Shown here piece after piece: positions 1-8,945 of a stretch of DNA of 64,000 nt. The notes below the pieces were generated by a model. The model searched no databases and was not told the origin of the DNA. It saw only the letters and a program-made list of their open reading frames with translations. A program made the translations under genes and the position numbers. The stretch is from Oscillospiraceae bacterium (GTDB lineage: Bacteria > Bacillota > Clostridia > Oscillospirales > Ruminococcaceae), in NCBI GenBank assembly GCA_017536625.1, contig JAFXGY010000005.1:45035-109034 (forward strand), written 5' to 3'. Every line of letters starts with the position of its first letter. The stretch's first letter is position 1.

Positions 1-650
1 TTCCAAAGCTGACTCCTTTCAATAAAGAAAGCTCGCTTGAAGTAATTAAAATCGTTGATGAATTCCGCGCCGAATGTATGGAAAAATACGGCGAACCGGT
101 TTTTTATGCGGCGGATGAATTTTTCATCAAAGCGGAACTTCCGTTCCCGGAATATGAATATTACGGCGATTTCACCCAGCTTGAAGACGGCGTCGGCCTT
201 TGCGCGCTGCTTAAACATGATTTTTACGAAGCGCTTGAATATTTCCCGGCGGCGGAATATAACCGCCATGTGACCATTCCTACCGGCAAAGCCGCATATT
301 CCACCATAAAGGAACTTGCAAATGCTGCGGAGAAGCGCTACAGCGGACTTAAAATCGACGTTCTTCCCATGGAAAACTGGTTCTTCGGCGAAAAAATAAC
401 CGTCACGGGGCTTCTTACCGGCGGCGATATTGCAAAGCAGCTGAAGGATAGGGAAAACGGCGACGCGGTGCTCATCTGCGAAAGCACCTTGAGATATGAG
501 CACGATAAATTCATTGATGATACCACCCCGGAATGGGTTGAGCACGAACTAGAAACTCCGGTGCTCATGGTGCCGAACGATGGATATAAGCTCCTTTGCG
601 CCATGCTTGGCGAGGATGCTGATGATGAATGTGATGTAATTTACGGATAA
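1..650 (+). CDS. DUF512 domain protein, C-terminal part (5' end lies outside the window)
   Basis: The frame is open from position 3. The sequence ENWFFGEKITVTGLLTGGDI is typical of the DUF512 proteins found upstream of der in Clostridia. Confidence 0.7.
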   Translation, partial: PKLTPFNKESSLEVIKIVDEFRAECMEKYGEPVFYAADEFFIKAELPFPEYEYYGDFTQLEDGVGLCALLKHDFYEALEYFPAAEYNRHVTIPTGKAAYSTIKELANAAEKRYSGLKIDVLPMENWFFGEKITVTGLLTGGDIAKQLKDRENGDAVLICESTLRYEHDKFIDDTTPEWVEHELETPVLMVPNDGYKLLCAMLGEDADDECDVIYG

Positions 651-672
651 AATCCGTTTGGAGGATATAAAA

Positions 673-2001
673 ATGTCAAAACCTGTTATTGCAATCGTGG
701 GTCGCCCCAATGTGGGAAAATCCACTCTTTTCAATAAGCTGACCGGCAAACGCCTTGCAATAGTCGAAGATACTCCCGGCGTTACCAGGGACAGAATTTA
801 CTGCGAATGCGAATGGCTCAATAAAACCGTTATGCTTGTGGATACCGGCGGTATCGAGCCGAAAACCGATGACGGCATCCTTTCGAAAATGAGAACCCAG
901 GCAAACGTAGCTATTGAAAGCGCCGATGTTATCATTCTCGTAACCGACCTTCGTTCCGGCGTTACCGCGAACGATGCGGACATTGCCGCAATGCTTCTCA
1001 AAAGCGGAAAACCCGTGGTTCTCTGCGTGAACAAATGCGACCGAATCGGCGAACCGCCGCCTGAATTTTATGAATTCTATAACCTCGGCCTCGGCGATCC
1101 GTTCCCGGTTTCTTCCGTCCACGGAAACGGAACCGGCGACCTTCTTGACGAATGTTTCAAATATATCGATTTCGACAAAGAAGACGAATACGATGATGAT
1201 ACAATAAAAGTTGCCATCATCGGAAAACCGAACGTCGGAAAAAGCAGCCTTGTCAATAAGGTTGCGGGCGAAGAAAGAGTTATCGTTGCGGATATGGCTG
1301 GCACCACCCGTGACGCAACGGATACCGAAGTTGAAAACGAATTCGGAAAATTTGTTCTTATCGATACCGCGGGTATCCGCCGCAAAAGCAGAGTGGATAA
1401 CGATATCGAAAAATACAGCGTCCTTCGTTCCTATATGGCTGTTGACCGCAGCGACGTCTGCGTAATCATGATCGACGCCACCGAAGGCTTCACCGAACAG
1501 GACAGCAAAGTTGCCGGTTATGCCCATGAACAGGGCAAAGCCTGCGTAATTGCCATCAATAAGTGGGATGCGGTAGAAAAAGAAACCAATACAATGGCGG
1601 AATTCACCAAAAAACTCCAGACCGATTTCAGCTTTATGTCCTATGCTCCCTTTGTTTTCATTTCCGCAAAAACCGGCCAGAGAATCAATAAGCTTTTCGA
1701 GATGATAGTTTCCACCCATCAGCAGAACAGCAGAAGAATTTCCACCGGTATGCTCAACGATATGCTTGCATACGCAACTGCAAAGGTCCAGCCTCCGTCC
1801 GATAAAGGCAAACGCCTTAAAATTTATTATATGACCCAGGCTTCCACCAATCCGCCCACTTTTGTAACTTTCTGCAACCGTGCGGATCTTTTCCATTTTT
1901 CCTATCAGCGCTATCTTGAAAACCAGATAAGAGAAACCTTTGGCCTGACCGGAACCCCCATAAAAATGGTAATCCGCGAACGCGGAAACGATAAAGGCTG
2001 A
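673..2001 (+). CDS. der: ribosome-associated GTPase Der/EngA (two tandem GTPase domains)
   Basis: Two G1 motifs are present (GRPNVGKST and GKPNVGKSS) plus a KH-like C-terminus. GGAGG lies upstream of the ATG at 673. Confidence 0.95.
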   Translation: MSKPVIAIVGRPNVGKSTLFNKLTGKRLAIVEDTPGVTRDRIYCECEWLNKTVMLVDTGGIEPKTDDGILSKMRTQANVAIESADVIILVTDLRSGVTANDADIAAMLLKSGKPVVLCVNKCDRIGEPPPEFYEFYNLGLGDPFPVSSVHGNGTGDLLDECFKYIDFDKEDEYDDDTIKVAIIGKPNVGKSSLVNKVAGEERVIVADMAGTTRDATDTEVENEFGKFVLIDTAGIRRKSRVDNDIEKYSVLRSYMAVDRSDVCVIMIDATEGFTEQDSKVAGYAHEQGKACVIAINKWDAVEKETNTMAEFTKKLQTDFSFMSYAPFVFISAKTGQRINKLFEMIVSTHQQNSRRISTGMLNDMLAYATAKVQPPSDKGKRLKIYYMTQASTNPPTFVTFCNRADLFHFSYQRYLENQIRETFGLTGTPIKMVIRERGNDKG

Positions 2002-2023
2002 TTTTTCCCCGGAGGATATTATA

Positions 2024-2680
2024 TTGAACGAAATCGGAACTGCAATTCTTGCCTGTATCATAGTTGCCGTTATTTCCTATCTCATCGGCAGCTGCAACAT
2101 GGCAATAATCATTTCAAAATTTCATAAATCAAAGGATATCCGCGACTTTGGAAGCGGAAACGCCGGAATGACCAATATGCTCCGCACATTCGGAAGAAGA
2201 GCCGCGACCTGGACTTTCATCGGCGATTTCCTCAAAGGCGCTCTTGTGGTTTTTATCGCAAGGGGAATCGGAAAAGAAGCAGGTGTAATCTTTGACCTTG
2301 CTTATTTTGCCGCGCTTTTCGTAATAATCGGACATATCTATCCGATATATTTCAAATTCAAAGGCGGAAAAGGCATCGCAACCGCTCTCGGCGCCATGTT
2401 TGTTCTCAACTGGATCGCGTTTATGACCATTGCCGTCGGCATTATTCCTATGGTTTTCATCATAAAGATAGTTTCAGCGGTCTGCCTTTGCGGAACAAGC
2501 CTTTATCCGGTGCTTTCCTTCGTTGTGCTTACTTTGCAGGGCAAAAACTTCTTTTTCGAGGTAATCCCTTATACTCTTATTTCACTTGCCATGGCGGGAA
2601 TAATCTTCTATGCCCACCGTGAAAATATCGCACGTCTGAGAAACGGAACAGAACCTTCTTTCGGGAGAAAGCAGAAATGA
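2024..2680 (+). CDS. plsY: glycerol-3-phosphate acyltransferase PlsY
   Basis: It has the GSGNAGMTN motif and is a polytopic membrane protein. It uses a TTG start with GGAGG 8 nt upstream. Confidence 0.9.
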   Translation: MNEIGTAILACIIVAVISYLIGSCNMAIIISKFHKSKDIRDFGSGNAGMTNMLRTFGRRAATWTFIGDFLKGALVVFIARGIGKEAGVIFDLAYFAALFVIIGHIYPIYFKFKGGKGIATALGAMFVLNWIAFMTIAVGIIPMVFIIKIVSAVCLCGTSLYPVLSFVVLTLQGKNFFFEVIPYTLISLAMAGIIFYAHRENIARLRNGTEPSFGRKQK

Positions 2681-2973
2681 TTAAAGAAAAATTTTCGGAA
2701 ATAAAGAATTTCCGGCTTTCGAAAAAAACCAAAAAAATAGCAACCACGGCAATCATAATTTTTGTTGTGTTCATGTTTTTCATCTGGCTCGGGGTGGGGA
2801 TGTATGTTTCCGTTCCGGAAGGAAGCAGGGGGGAACTTTGGCCCGTGTTTGCGATGTATTTTGTCTTTCCGGGGCTGATCTTCTATTTCGGTGCAAAAAG
2901 GGTCTATGCGATTCTTAACGGAGAAGAAGATCAGGAAGAGGACGAAACCGAACCGGAAGAAGAAACCGAATAA
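2677..2973 (+). CDS. small membrane protein with a polyacidic C-terminal tail
   Basis: Two predicted TM helices. ATGA overlap with the plsY stop. A terminator follows. Confidence 0.5.
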   Translation: MIKEKFSEIKNFRLSKKTKKIATTAIIIFVVFMFFIWLGVGMYVSVPEGSRGELWPVFAMYFVFPGLIFYFGAKRVYAILNGEEDQEEDETEPEEETE

Positions 2974-3053
2974 ACAAAAATCCCGACGGGAATCCGCCGG
3001 GATTTTTTATATTTCAATGCGGGACAGGAGAGATTGTTCCAGCAGCAAAAAGC

Positions 3054-3089
3054 AAAAAAAGAGCAGTCGTTTCCGACTGCTCTTTTTTT
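3054..3089. terminator. bidirectional intrinsic terminator
   Basis: Stem GAGCAGTCG-TTTC-CGACTGCTC, flanked by an A-run and a T-run. Confidence 0.75.
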
Positions 3090-3120
3090 GTTAACATGTT
3101 AAATATGGTGTTCGAACACT

Positions 3121-3152
3121 GAAAATACCCCCGAAAAGCGCTATTCCGGGGG
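3121..3152 (-). terminator. rpmB terminator
   Basis: Stem CCCCCG...CGGGGG followed by a T-rich tract on the minus strand. Confidence 0.55.
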
Positions 3153-3178
3153 AATAGAAGCTACTTTAGACTCGAAAA

Positions 3179-3367
3179 TCAGATAGCGCGGGTAACTTTA
3201 CCGGAACGCAGGCAGCGAGTGCATGCATATACGTGGCAAGGTTTGCCATCAACAAGAGCTTTTACGCGACGAACGTTAGCTTTCCAGGTTCTGTTGGAAC
3301 GTCTGTGGGAGTGGGAAACTTTGATACCGAAGCTTACACCTTTTCCGCAGAAATCACATTTGGCCAT
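3179..3367 (-). CDS. rpmB: 50S ribosomal protein L28
   Basis: 62 aa; the N-terminus MAKCDFCGKG...SHSHRRSNRTW is a typical L28 sequence. Confidence 0.95.
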   Translation of the reverse strand: MAKCDFCGKGVSFGIKVSHSHRRSNRTWKANVRRVKALVDGKPCHVYACTRCLRSGKVTRAI

Positions 3368-3626
3368 AGTGGCACCTCCTTTGTTCTTTCAGAAAGTCAA
3401 CGTTCGTATTATATCAAACATTCATGAAAAAAGCAAGTATTTATCGGCATTTTTTCCAAATAATTTTAAAAATTTTATAAGAATTGCGAAAAACGGGTTT
3501 CTTAACAAAAAATTTACCTCCATTCGTCCAAAAGCACCCTTTTTCACCCTTGTAATAAGAAGGATTTTCCTATATAATATATTATAAGTAACTATGTGAA
3601 AATATAAGGAGAAAACTTTTTCGGAT

Positions 3627-4286
3627 ATGAATTTCGATATTTATACTCTTGTTCTTCGAATCATTGTTGCGCTTATCGCGCTCCCGATACATGAATATGC
3701 CCACGGCTATTCCGCTTACAGAATGGGGGATTACACAGCCGAAAGACAGGGAAGACTCACCCTCAATCCTCTTGCACATTTCGACCCCATAGGCACCATT
3801 GCCATAATCCTTTTCGGATTCGGCTGGGCAAAGCCCGTTCCGATAAATCCTCTCAATTTCGAAAATCCCAAAAAAGGCATGATGATTTCTTCTCTTGCGG
3901 GTCCTCTTTCTAACATCGCTCTTGCGTTCCTTTCAATGGTGCTTTATAAGCTTAGCTATATCCCCGCTTATATGGGAATCACCGGTGCTTTTCTTTCAAC
4001 TGTCCAGACCTTTTTGCTTTTTATGATAAGCATTAATATAACCCTCGGCGTTTTCAACCTGATTCCGATTCCGCCCCTTGACGGTTCAAGAATCGCGACC
4101 TATTTTCTGCCGCAAAGAATTTATTTCAAAATAATGCAGTATGAAAATATAATTTTCATTGTGCTTCTTGTGGCTCTCTGGTTCGGCGTTTTCGATCTGC
4201 CCATAAGCTTTGTAAGCAATTTGGTAACCGGAATTCTCGATTACGCCACAAGACCCATCGATTGGCTTACCGCCCTTATCATGTGA
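3627..4286 (+). CDS. site-2 protease (M50) family zinc metalloprotease
   Basis: HEYAHG (HExxH) sits inside a TM helix, the protein is polytopic, and a PPLDG motif is present. Confidence 0.8.
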   Translation: MNFDIYTLVLRIIVALIALPIHEYAHGYSAYRMGDYTAERQGRLTLNPLAHFDPIGTIAIILFGFGWAKPVPINPLNFENPKKGMMISSLAGPLSNIALAFLSMVLYKLSYIPAYMGITGAFLSTVQTFLLFMISINITLGVFNLIPIPPLDGSRIATYFLPQRIYFKIMQYENIIFIVLLVALWFGVFDLPISFVSNLVTGILDYATRPIDWLTALIM

Positions 4287-4316
4287 TTATTATTTTGAGT
4301 ATTTGGGGATAGAATT

Positions 4317-5072
4317 TTGAGCGAAAAACTTAACTATAAGCTGGAGGCTTTTGAAGGGCCTTTGGACCTTCTGCTTTTTCTTATTCAGAAGCATAAGCTG
4401 AACATCTGCGATATCAATATATCGGAACTTCTGGATCAATATACCGAATCCATAAAGGATATCGAAAATATAGAAGATATGGACGGCGCTGCGGAATTCC
4501 TTGAAATGGCAGCAAGGCTCGTCTATATCAAAACCGCAATGCTTCTTCCTCGTTATGATGACGAAGGCGAAAAGCTCCGCATGGAACTCCAGGGCGAACT
4601 TATCGAATATCAGGCCTGCAAAAAAGCCGCGGAGGATTTGAAGGAAAAATTCTGCGGAAACAGCATTTTTTCAAGAAAACCCATGGAAATCGAAGCGGAT
4701 AACACATACCGCCGCATCCACCCGCCGGAAGATATCTTAAAAGCATATCTTTCCGCCCTTGGAAGAAAACAACGCAAGCTCCCGCCGCCCGTAGAGGCTT
4801 TCAGCGGCGTTGTACATAAAAAGCTGATATCCGTACCCTCGAGGGCAATAATCCTTTTAAAACGCCTTTACCGCAGCACAAGGCTTAGGTGGAGCGAACT
4901 CTTCAAAGGTTCCGGAAGAAGCGAAAGCGTCGCAATGTTCCTTGCGGTGCTGGAACTTGTAAAAAACGGAAGAATAAAGGTCAGCGACGATAACGAAACA
5001 ATCGCCCTCAGCCGCGAAAACAAAAAGAAAAAACTGAAAGAAGGTGACGAAACTGCAGCTGGAACAGTATGA
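4317..5072 (+). CDS. scpA: segregation and condensation protein A
   Basis: N-terminus FEGPLDLLLFLIQKHKLNICDI, and scpB follows. Confidence 0.9.
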   Translation: MSEKLNYKLEAFEGPLDLLLFLIQKHKLNICDINISELLDQYTESIKDIENIEDMDGAAEFLEMAARLVYIKTAMLLPRYDDEGEKLRMELQGELIEYQACKKAAEDLKEKFCGNSIFSRKPMEIEADNTYRRIHPPEDILKAYLSALGRKQRKLPPPVEAFSGVVHKKLISVPSRAIILLKRLYRSTRLRWSELFKGSGRSESVAMFLAVLELVKNGRIKVSDDNETIALSRENKKKKLKEGDETAAGTV

Positions 5073-5634
5073 AAAAATAGCCGAAGCCATCCTTTTTGCC
5101 GGCGGCGAACCGGTTGACCAGAAGGTCGTGGCAGAAGCTATGGAACTTGATGAGGATGCCGCAGTGGCGATTCTTGAAAGCCTTAAAACAAAATACGAAA
5201 AATTCGAAAGCTCCGTCGAAGTAAGAAGGCTCGAAAACCAGTGGCAGCTTTGCACCAAAGCGGAATATGAAAGCTATATCCGCGGCGCTTTCGAGATAAA
5301 ACGCAACGCACCTCTTTCCCAGGCGGCGCTGGAAGTTCTTGCAATAATCGCATATAACCAGCCGGTAACAAGGGCCTTTGCGGAACAGGTCCGCGGGGTG
5401 GATTCTTCCGGTGTTATGGCAAATCTTGCTGAAAAAGGGCTTATCGAAGAAGCCGGAAGGCTCGATCTTCCGGGAAGACCCATTGCATATAAAACAACTT
5501 CTCTTTTCCTTCGTTCCTTCGGTCTGGAATCCCTCGATGATATGCCGCCCATAGCGGACGAAGCGGAAACGGAAGAAAAAGCTCCTTCAAGGGAGCTTGA
5601 AAATCAGCAGTCCCTTTTTGATACGGAACCCTGA
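5044..5634 (+). CDS. scpB: segregation and condensation protein B
   Basis: Motifs AILFAGGEPV and LEVLAIIAYNQPVTR. It overlaps the end of scpA. Confidence 0.9.
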   Translation: MTKLQLEQYEKIAEAILFAGGEPVDQKVVAEAMELDEDAAVAILESLKTKYEKFESSVEVRRLENQWQLCTKAEYESYIRGAFEIKRNAPLSQAALEVLAIIAYNQPVTRAFAEQVRGVDSSGVMANLAEKGLIEEAGRLDLPGRPIAYKTTSLFLRSFGLESLDDMPPIADEAETEEKAPSRELENQQSLFDTEP

Positions 5635-5666
5635 TTATTTAAATAATCTGAAAAGGAGGCAAGGGC

Positions 5667-6332
5667 ATGACGGGATGGATTTTGTTTTTCGGGATAATCC
5701 TTTTTATCCTCGGCGTTCTTATGATACCCGTCCATGCCGAGGCCTTTTATAAAGAAAGTTTTTCTTTGAAGATAAAATTCCTTTTTTTCTTCGAGTATTG
5801 CATTTTTCCGCTGAAGGAAAGAAAGAAAAAGGAAGAAAAGCCAAAGGAAGAAAAACAAAAAACCGCTGAAACAACGGAAAAACCGAAGAAGGAAAAACGC
5901 AGAATGATGCCGGACGAAATCGTTGATTTGATAATTGACGCGGTGAACAAATATGGTCCCGGTGCGAAAATGATTCTTCGGAACATAAGATTCCACAGGC
6001 TCGAACTTTATTGGAAAGTCGGCGCGGAAGATGCCGCCGCCTGCGGAATAAAATACGGAAGAATCTGCGCATGGCTTTCGGGTGTTCTCGGGTTTTTCCG
6101 TAACCTTACAAGGATAGAGCATCCTGAATTCCGGGTTTTCCCGGATTTTATCTGTGAAAAGGATGAAATTTACGGCGGCGCGGATATGGAATTTAATCCG
6201 CTTATAATCCTTATCGGCGCACTTAGAATGGGCTTCGTTTTCCTTAAAGATATGATAAAGGATGCGGGCAGAAAACAAAAGAAACAAACCGCAAAACCGC
6301 GGCAGAACATAAAAGCGAAGGAGAGTGCTTGA
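5667..6332 (+). CDS. DUF2953 (YtfI-like) sporulation-associated membrane protein
   Basis: N-terminal TM helix and a Lys/Glu-rich linker. It sits immediately upstream of a ytfJ homologue. Confidence 0.55.
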   Translation: MTGWILFFGIILFILGVLMIPVHAEAFYKESFSLKIKFLFFFEYCIFPLKERKKKEEKPKEEKQKTAETTEKPKKEKRRMMPDEIVDLIIDAVNKYGPGAKMILRNIRFHRLELYWKVGAEDAAACGIKYGRICAWLSGVLGFFRNLTRIEHPEFRVFPDFICEKDEIYGGADMEFNPLIILIGALRMGFVFLKDMIKDAGRKQKKQTAKPRQNIKAKESA

Positions 6333-6777
6333 AAAAATGAGCGAAAAAAATCTTGAAGGGATGATAAATATCTCACTTGAAAAAGTAAAAGGTATGGTGG
6401 ATTCCAATTCCATCATCGGTGCTCCGATTTATACCCCCGACGGCACAACCATCATTCCCGTTTCAAAGGTAAGTGTTGGATTCGGCTGCGGCGGAAGCGA
6501 TTTTCCTTCCGCAAGCCCCAAGGAAATGTTCGGCGGCGGAACCGGCGGCGGCGTTACCATCCAGCCGGTTGCTTTCCTCGTGCTCAAAGGCGAAAGCGTG
6601 CGTATGATCCAGATTGCGGATAAAAATAACATTGCGGAACGCGTTGCAAACATGGTTCCGGATGCTATCGATACCATTTCCGGCCTTATTCATAAAAAAC
6701 AGAGCGACAACATAACCGTTGAATCCGCCGAACCCGCAATCATCGAAAAAGTTGAAGAAACCCCCGCGGAGCAGTAA
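6325..6777 (+). CDS. ytfJ: GerW/YtfJ family sporulation protein
   Basis: IIPVSKVSVGFGCGG and GGGTGGGVTIQPVAFLV are typical of YtfJ. The start is either GTG 6325 or ATG 6337. Confidence 0.8.
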   Translation: MLEKMSEKNLEGMINISLEKVKGMVDSNSIIGAPIYTPDGTTIIPVSKVSVGFGCGGSDFPSASPKEMFGGGTGGGVTIQPVAFLVLKGESVRMIQIADKNNIAERVANMVPDAIDTISGLIHKKQSDNITVESAEPAIIEKVEETPAEQ

Positions 6778-6830
6778 ATCCGTAATAAAAAGGCAAAAAT
6801 CCGCATAAAATTTTTGCGGAGTGATGCCTT

Positions 6831-7919
6831 TTGAAGAAAACAGCAGCCTTTTTCTGCGCCGTGCTCATGTTTTTCTTTTTGAGCACGGAAAGCTTCGCAA
6901 ATCCAAAAAGCGCCGTGCTCATTGAAAAAGAAAGCGGCAGGGTGCTTTTTGAAATCAATAAAGATGAACCTCTTCCAATGGCAAGCACCACGAAGATTAT
7001 GACGGCGCTTATCGCCCTTGAAGAGGATAACATCGACGAATATTTCACCGTGGACAGGAACGCAATAAAGACGGAAGGCTCCTCTATGGGGCTTTTGGAG
7101 GGCGATAAGGCAACCCTTCGGGTGCTTGCCGCCGGAATGCTTCTTTCTTCGGGGAACGATGCGGCAAACGCCGCCGCAGTAAGGATTTCCGGCTCGATGG
7201 AAAACTTTGTTCTGCTTATGAACAAAAGAGCGAAAGAGATGGGTTTGGAAAGCACCTCTTTCGAAACTCCATCGGGCCTTGACGGCGAAAAACATTTTTC
7301 ATCTGCCTATGATATGGCGCTTCTTGCGAAGAAGGCCCTCGAAAATCCGGATTTTGCCGCAATTTGCGGGGCAAAAAGCCTTCGTGTGGAATATGGAAAT
7401 CCGCCATACGCAAGAACTTTGGTGAACCACAACCGCCTTTTAAAAAGCCTTGAAGGCGCAACCGGGGTCAAAACCGGTTTTACAAAAAAAGCCGGAAGAT
7501 GCCTTGTTTCCTCCGCGGAAAGGGAAGGGGTTTCGCTCATCTGCGTGACCCTCGGCTGTGCCGATGACTGGAATTATCACACAGCCCTTTACGAAGAATA
7601 TTTCGCAAAGCTTGAATCCGTAAAAATGGACGAAGTGGCGGTAAAAATTCCAGTTTCCGGCGGAGAGGAAAATACGGTTTCTGCAAAATCCCTTTCGGTT
7701 TCGGCTTCTCTTTTTGAAGGGGAAGCGGAAAAAATCGAGGTTTTAATAAGCCGCGGACCTTTCGTTTTTGCGCCGGTGGAAAAAAACAGAATCCTCGGCA
7801 AAGTTATCTATAAGTTTGATGGAAAAATCATTGCCGAAGCACCGCTTTTGGCGGAAGAAACAGTCGAAAGAATTTCCGAAAATCAAGGTTTTTGGAATGA
7901 TATAAAAGAGATTTTTTAG
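6831..7919 (+). CDS. dacB: D-alanyl-D-alanine carboxypeptidase (S11 PBP)
   Basis: Signal peptide plus SxxK (ASTTK), SGN and KTG motifs. The symbol is assigned by synteny only. Confidence 0.85.
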   Translation: MKKTAAFFCAVLMFFFLSTESFANPKSAVLIEKESGRVLFEINKDEPLPMASTTKIMTALIALEEDNIDEYFTVDRNAIKTEGSSMGLLEGDKATLRVLAAGMLLSSGNDAANAAAVRISGSMENFVLLMNKRAKEMGLESTSFETPSGLDGEKHFSSAYDMALLAKKALENPDFAAICGAKSLRVEYGNPPYARTLVNHNRLLKSLEGATGVKTGFTKKAGRCLVSSAEREGVSLICVTLGCADDWNYHTALYEEYFAKLESVKMDEVAVKIPVSGGEENTVSAKSLSVSASLFEGEAEKIEVLISRGPFVFAPVEKNRILGKVIYKFDGKIIAEAPLLAEETVERISENQGFWNDIKEIF

Positions 7920-7935
7920 TTTTGAGGAGAAATAA

Positions 7936-8787
7936 ATGAAGGATACAAGAATTCAGAAAGCTATTGCCGATGCGGGCTATACTTCCCGAAGAAAAGCGGA
8001 AGAACTTATCGCAGCCGGCAAAGTAAAAGTCAACGGCCACCCTGCGGGAATCGGCATGAAAGTTGACGTAAGAAAAGATATCATCACCATAAACGGCGAA
8101 GAGATTCGAACCGGCACCGGCGAAAAGCTCTGGTACGTTGCGCTCAATAAGCCCCGTGGTTTCGTAACCACCACTTCCGACGAAATGGGAAGAAAAACCG
8201 TTATGGATCTTGTGACTGATATTCCCGCAAGGGTTTATCCCATAGGCCGCCTTGACCGCAACAGCGAAGGACTCATCTTCCTTACCAACGACGGTGCTTT
8301 TGCCAATATGATCATGCACCCCAGCGGCAATATCCAGAAGACTTATCGCGTAACCGTACGCGAAACCGGCATTGAAGAAAAACTCATCAAACTTTCCGAA
8401 GGGGTAAAAATCGATTCCGGATTTGTCCGCCCCGTGGCCGTGACAGTCCTTGAGGAAAACGAAGAGAGAACCGTTCTTCAGTTCACCATTGCGGAAGGCA
8501 AAAACCGCGAAATCAGAAAAATGTGCGAAGCGGTGGAACTTACCGTTATCCGCCTCAAACGCACCTCCATCGGCACCGTAAGGCTCGGAATGCTCCAGCA
8601 GGGCAAATGGCGCGAACTTACGAAAGAGGAACTTACCGGACTTCATAACCTTTCCCGCAAAGGCATTCCCGGTGAACAGACCCCGAAGAAAAACGCCGGA
8701 AGAAAGCCCCTTGAAAAACATCAGGGCGCAAAAACCGCTGCGAACAAACCCGCAAAACCTGCAATGAAAATCGCAAGAAGACCTTGA
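7936..8787 (+). CDS. rluB: 23S rRNA pseudouridine synthase RluB with a basic C-terminal tail
   Basis: S4 domain and the RLDRNSEGL catalytic motif. Confidence 0.9.
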   Translation: MKDTRIQKAIADAGYTSRRKAEELIAAGKVKVNGHPAGIGMKVDVRKDIITINGEEIRTGTGEKLWYVALNKPRGFVTTTSDEMGRKTVMDLVTDIPARVYPIGRLDRNSEGLIFLTNDGAFANMIMHPSGNIQKTYRVTVRETGIEEKLIKLSEGVKIDSGFVRPVAVTVLEENEERTVLQFTIAEGKNREIRKMCEAVELTVIRLKRTSIGTVRLGMLQQGKWRELTKEELTGLHNLSRKGIPGEQTPKKNAGRKPLEKHQGAKTAANKPAKPAMKIARRP

Positions 8788-8853
8788 TATAACAGCTGCA
8801 AGTTAATTTTGACGGGCAGTTTGATTATAAATAAATCAATAGAGGTGTTGGGT

Positions 8854-8886
8854 ATGGCCATTATAAGAATCTGGACTTCCTTCTGA
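8854..8886 (+). CDS. candidate 10-aa leader peptide MAIIRIWTSF
   Basis: AGAGGTG lies 6 nt upstream of the ATG. The last codons lie in segment 1 of a four-segment attenuator. Confidence 0.35.
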   Translation: MAIIRIWTSF

Positions 8887-8940
8887 ACGGTAGAAGGAAA
8901 ATAAATTTTGAATCCTTCTATCGCATGAATGCATAGGAGG
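8877..8940 (+). promoter_or_regulatory. candidate translational attenuator (alternative 1:2/3:4 versus 2:3 pairing that sequesters the ABC gene's SD)
   Basis: TTCCTTCT (8877-8884) pairs with AGAAGGAA (8892-8899). TAGAAGGA (8891-8898) pairs with TCCTTCTA (8913-8920). CCTTCTA (8914-8920) pairs with TAGGAGG (8934-8940). Confidence 0.45.
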
Positions 8941-8945
8941 TTAAT

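Noticed and set aside
676-2061. Very long antisense ORFs: 676-2061(-), 11630-13432(+), 13685-15418(+), 14959-16365(+), 23146-24291(+), 32618-34003(-), 39401-40558(+), 51131-52084(-), 52018-53217(-), 55306-56316(-) and 61460-63514(-).
   Set aside because: Each one shadows a confidently identified gene on the opposite strand, and their Phe/Gly/Arg/Cys-rich composition looks non-protein-like.
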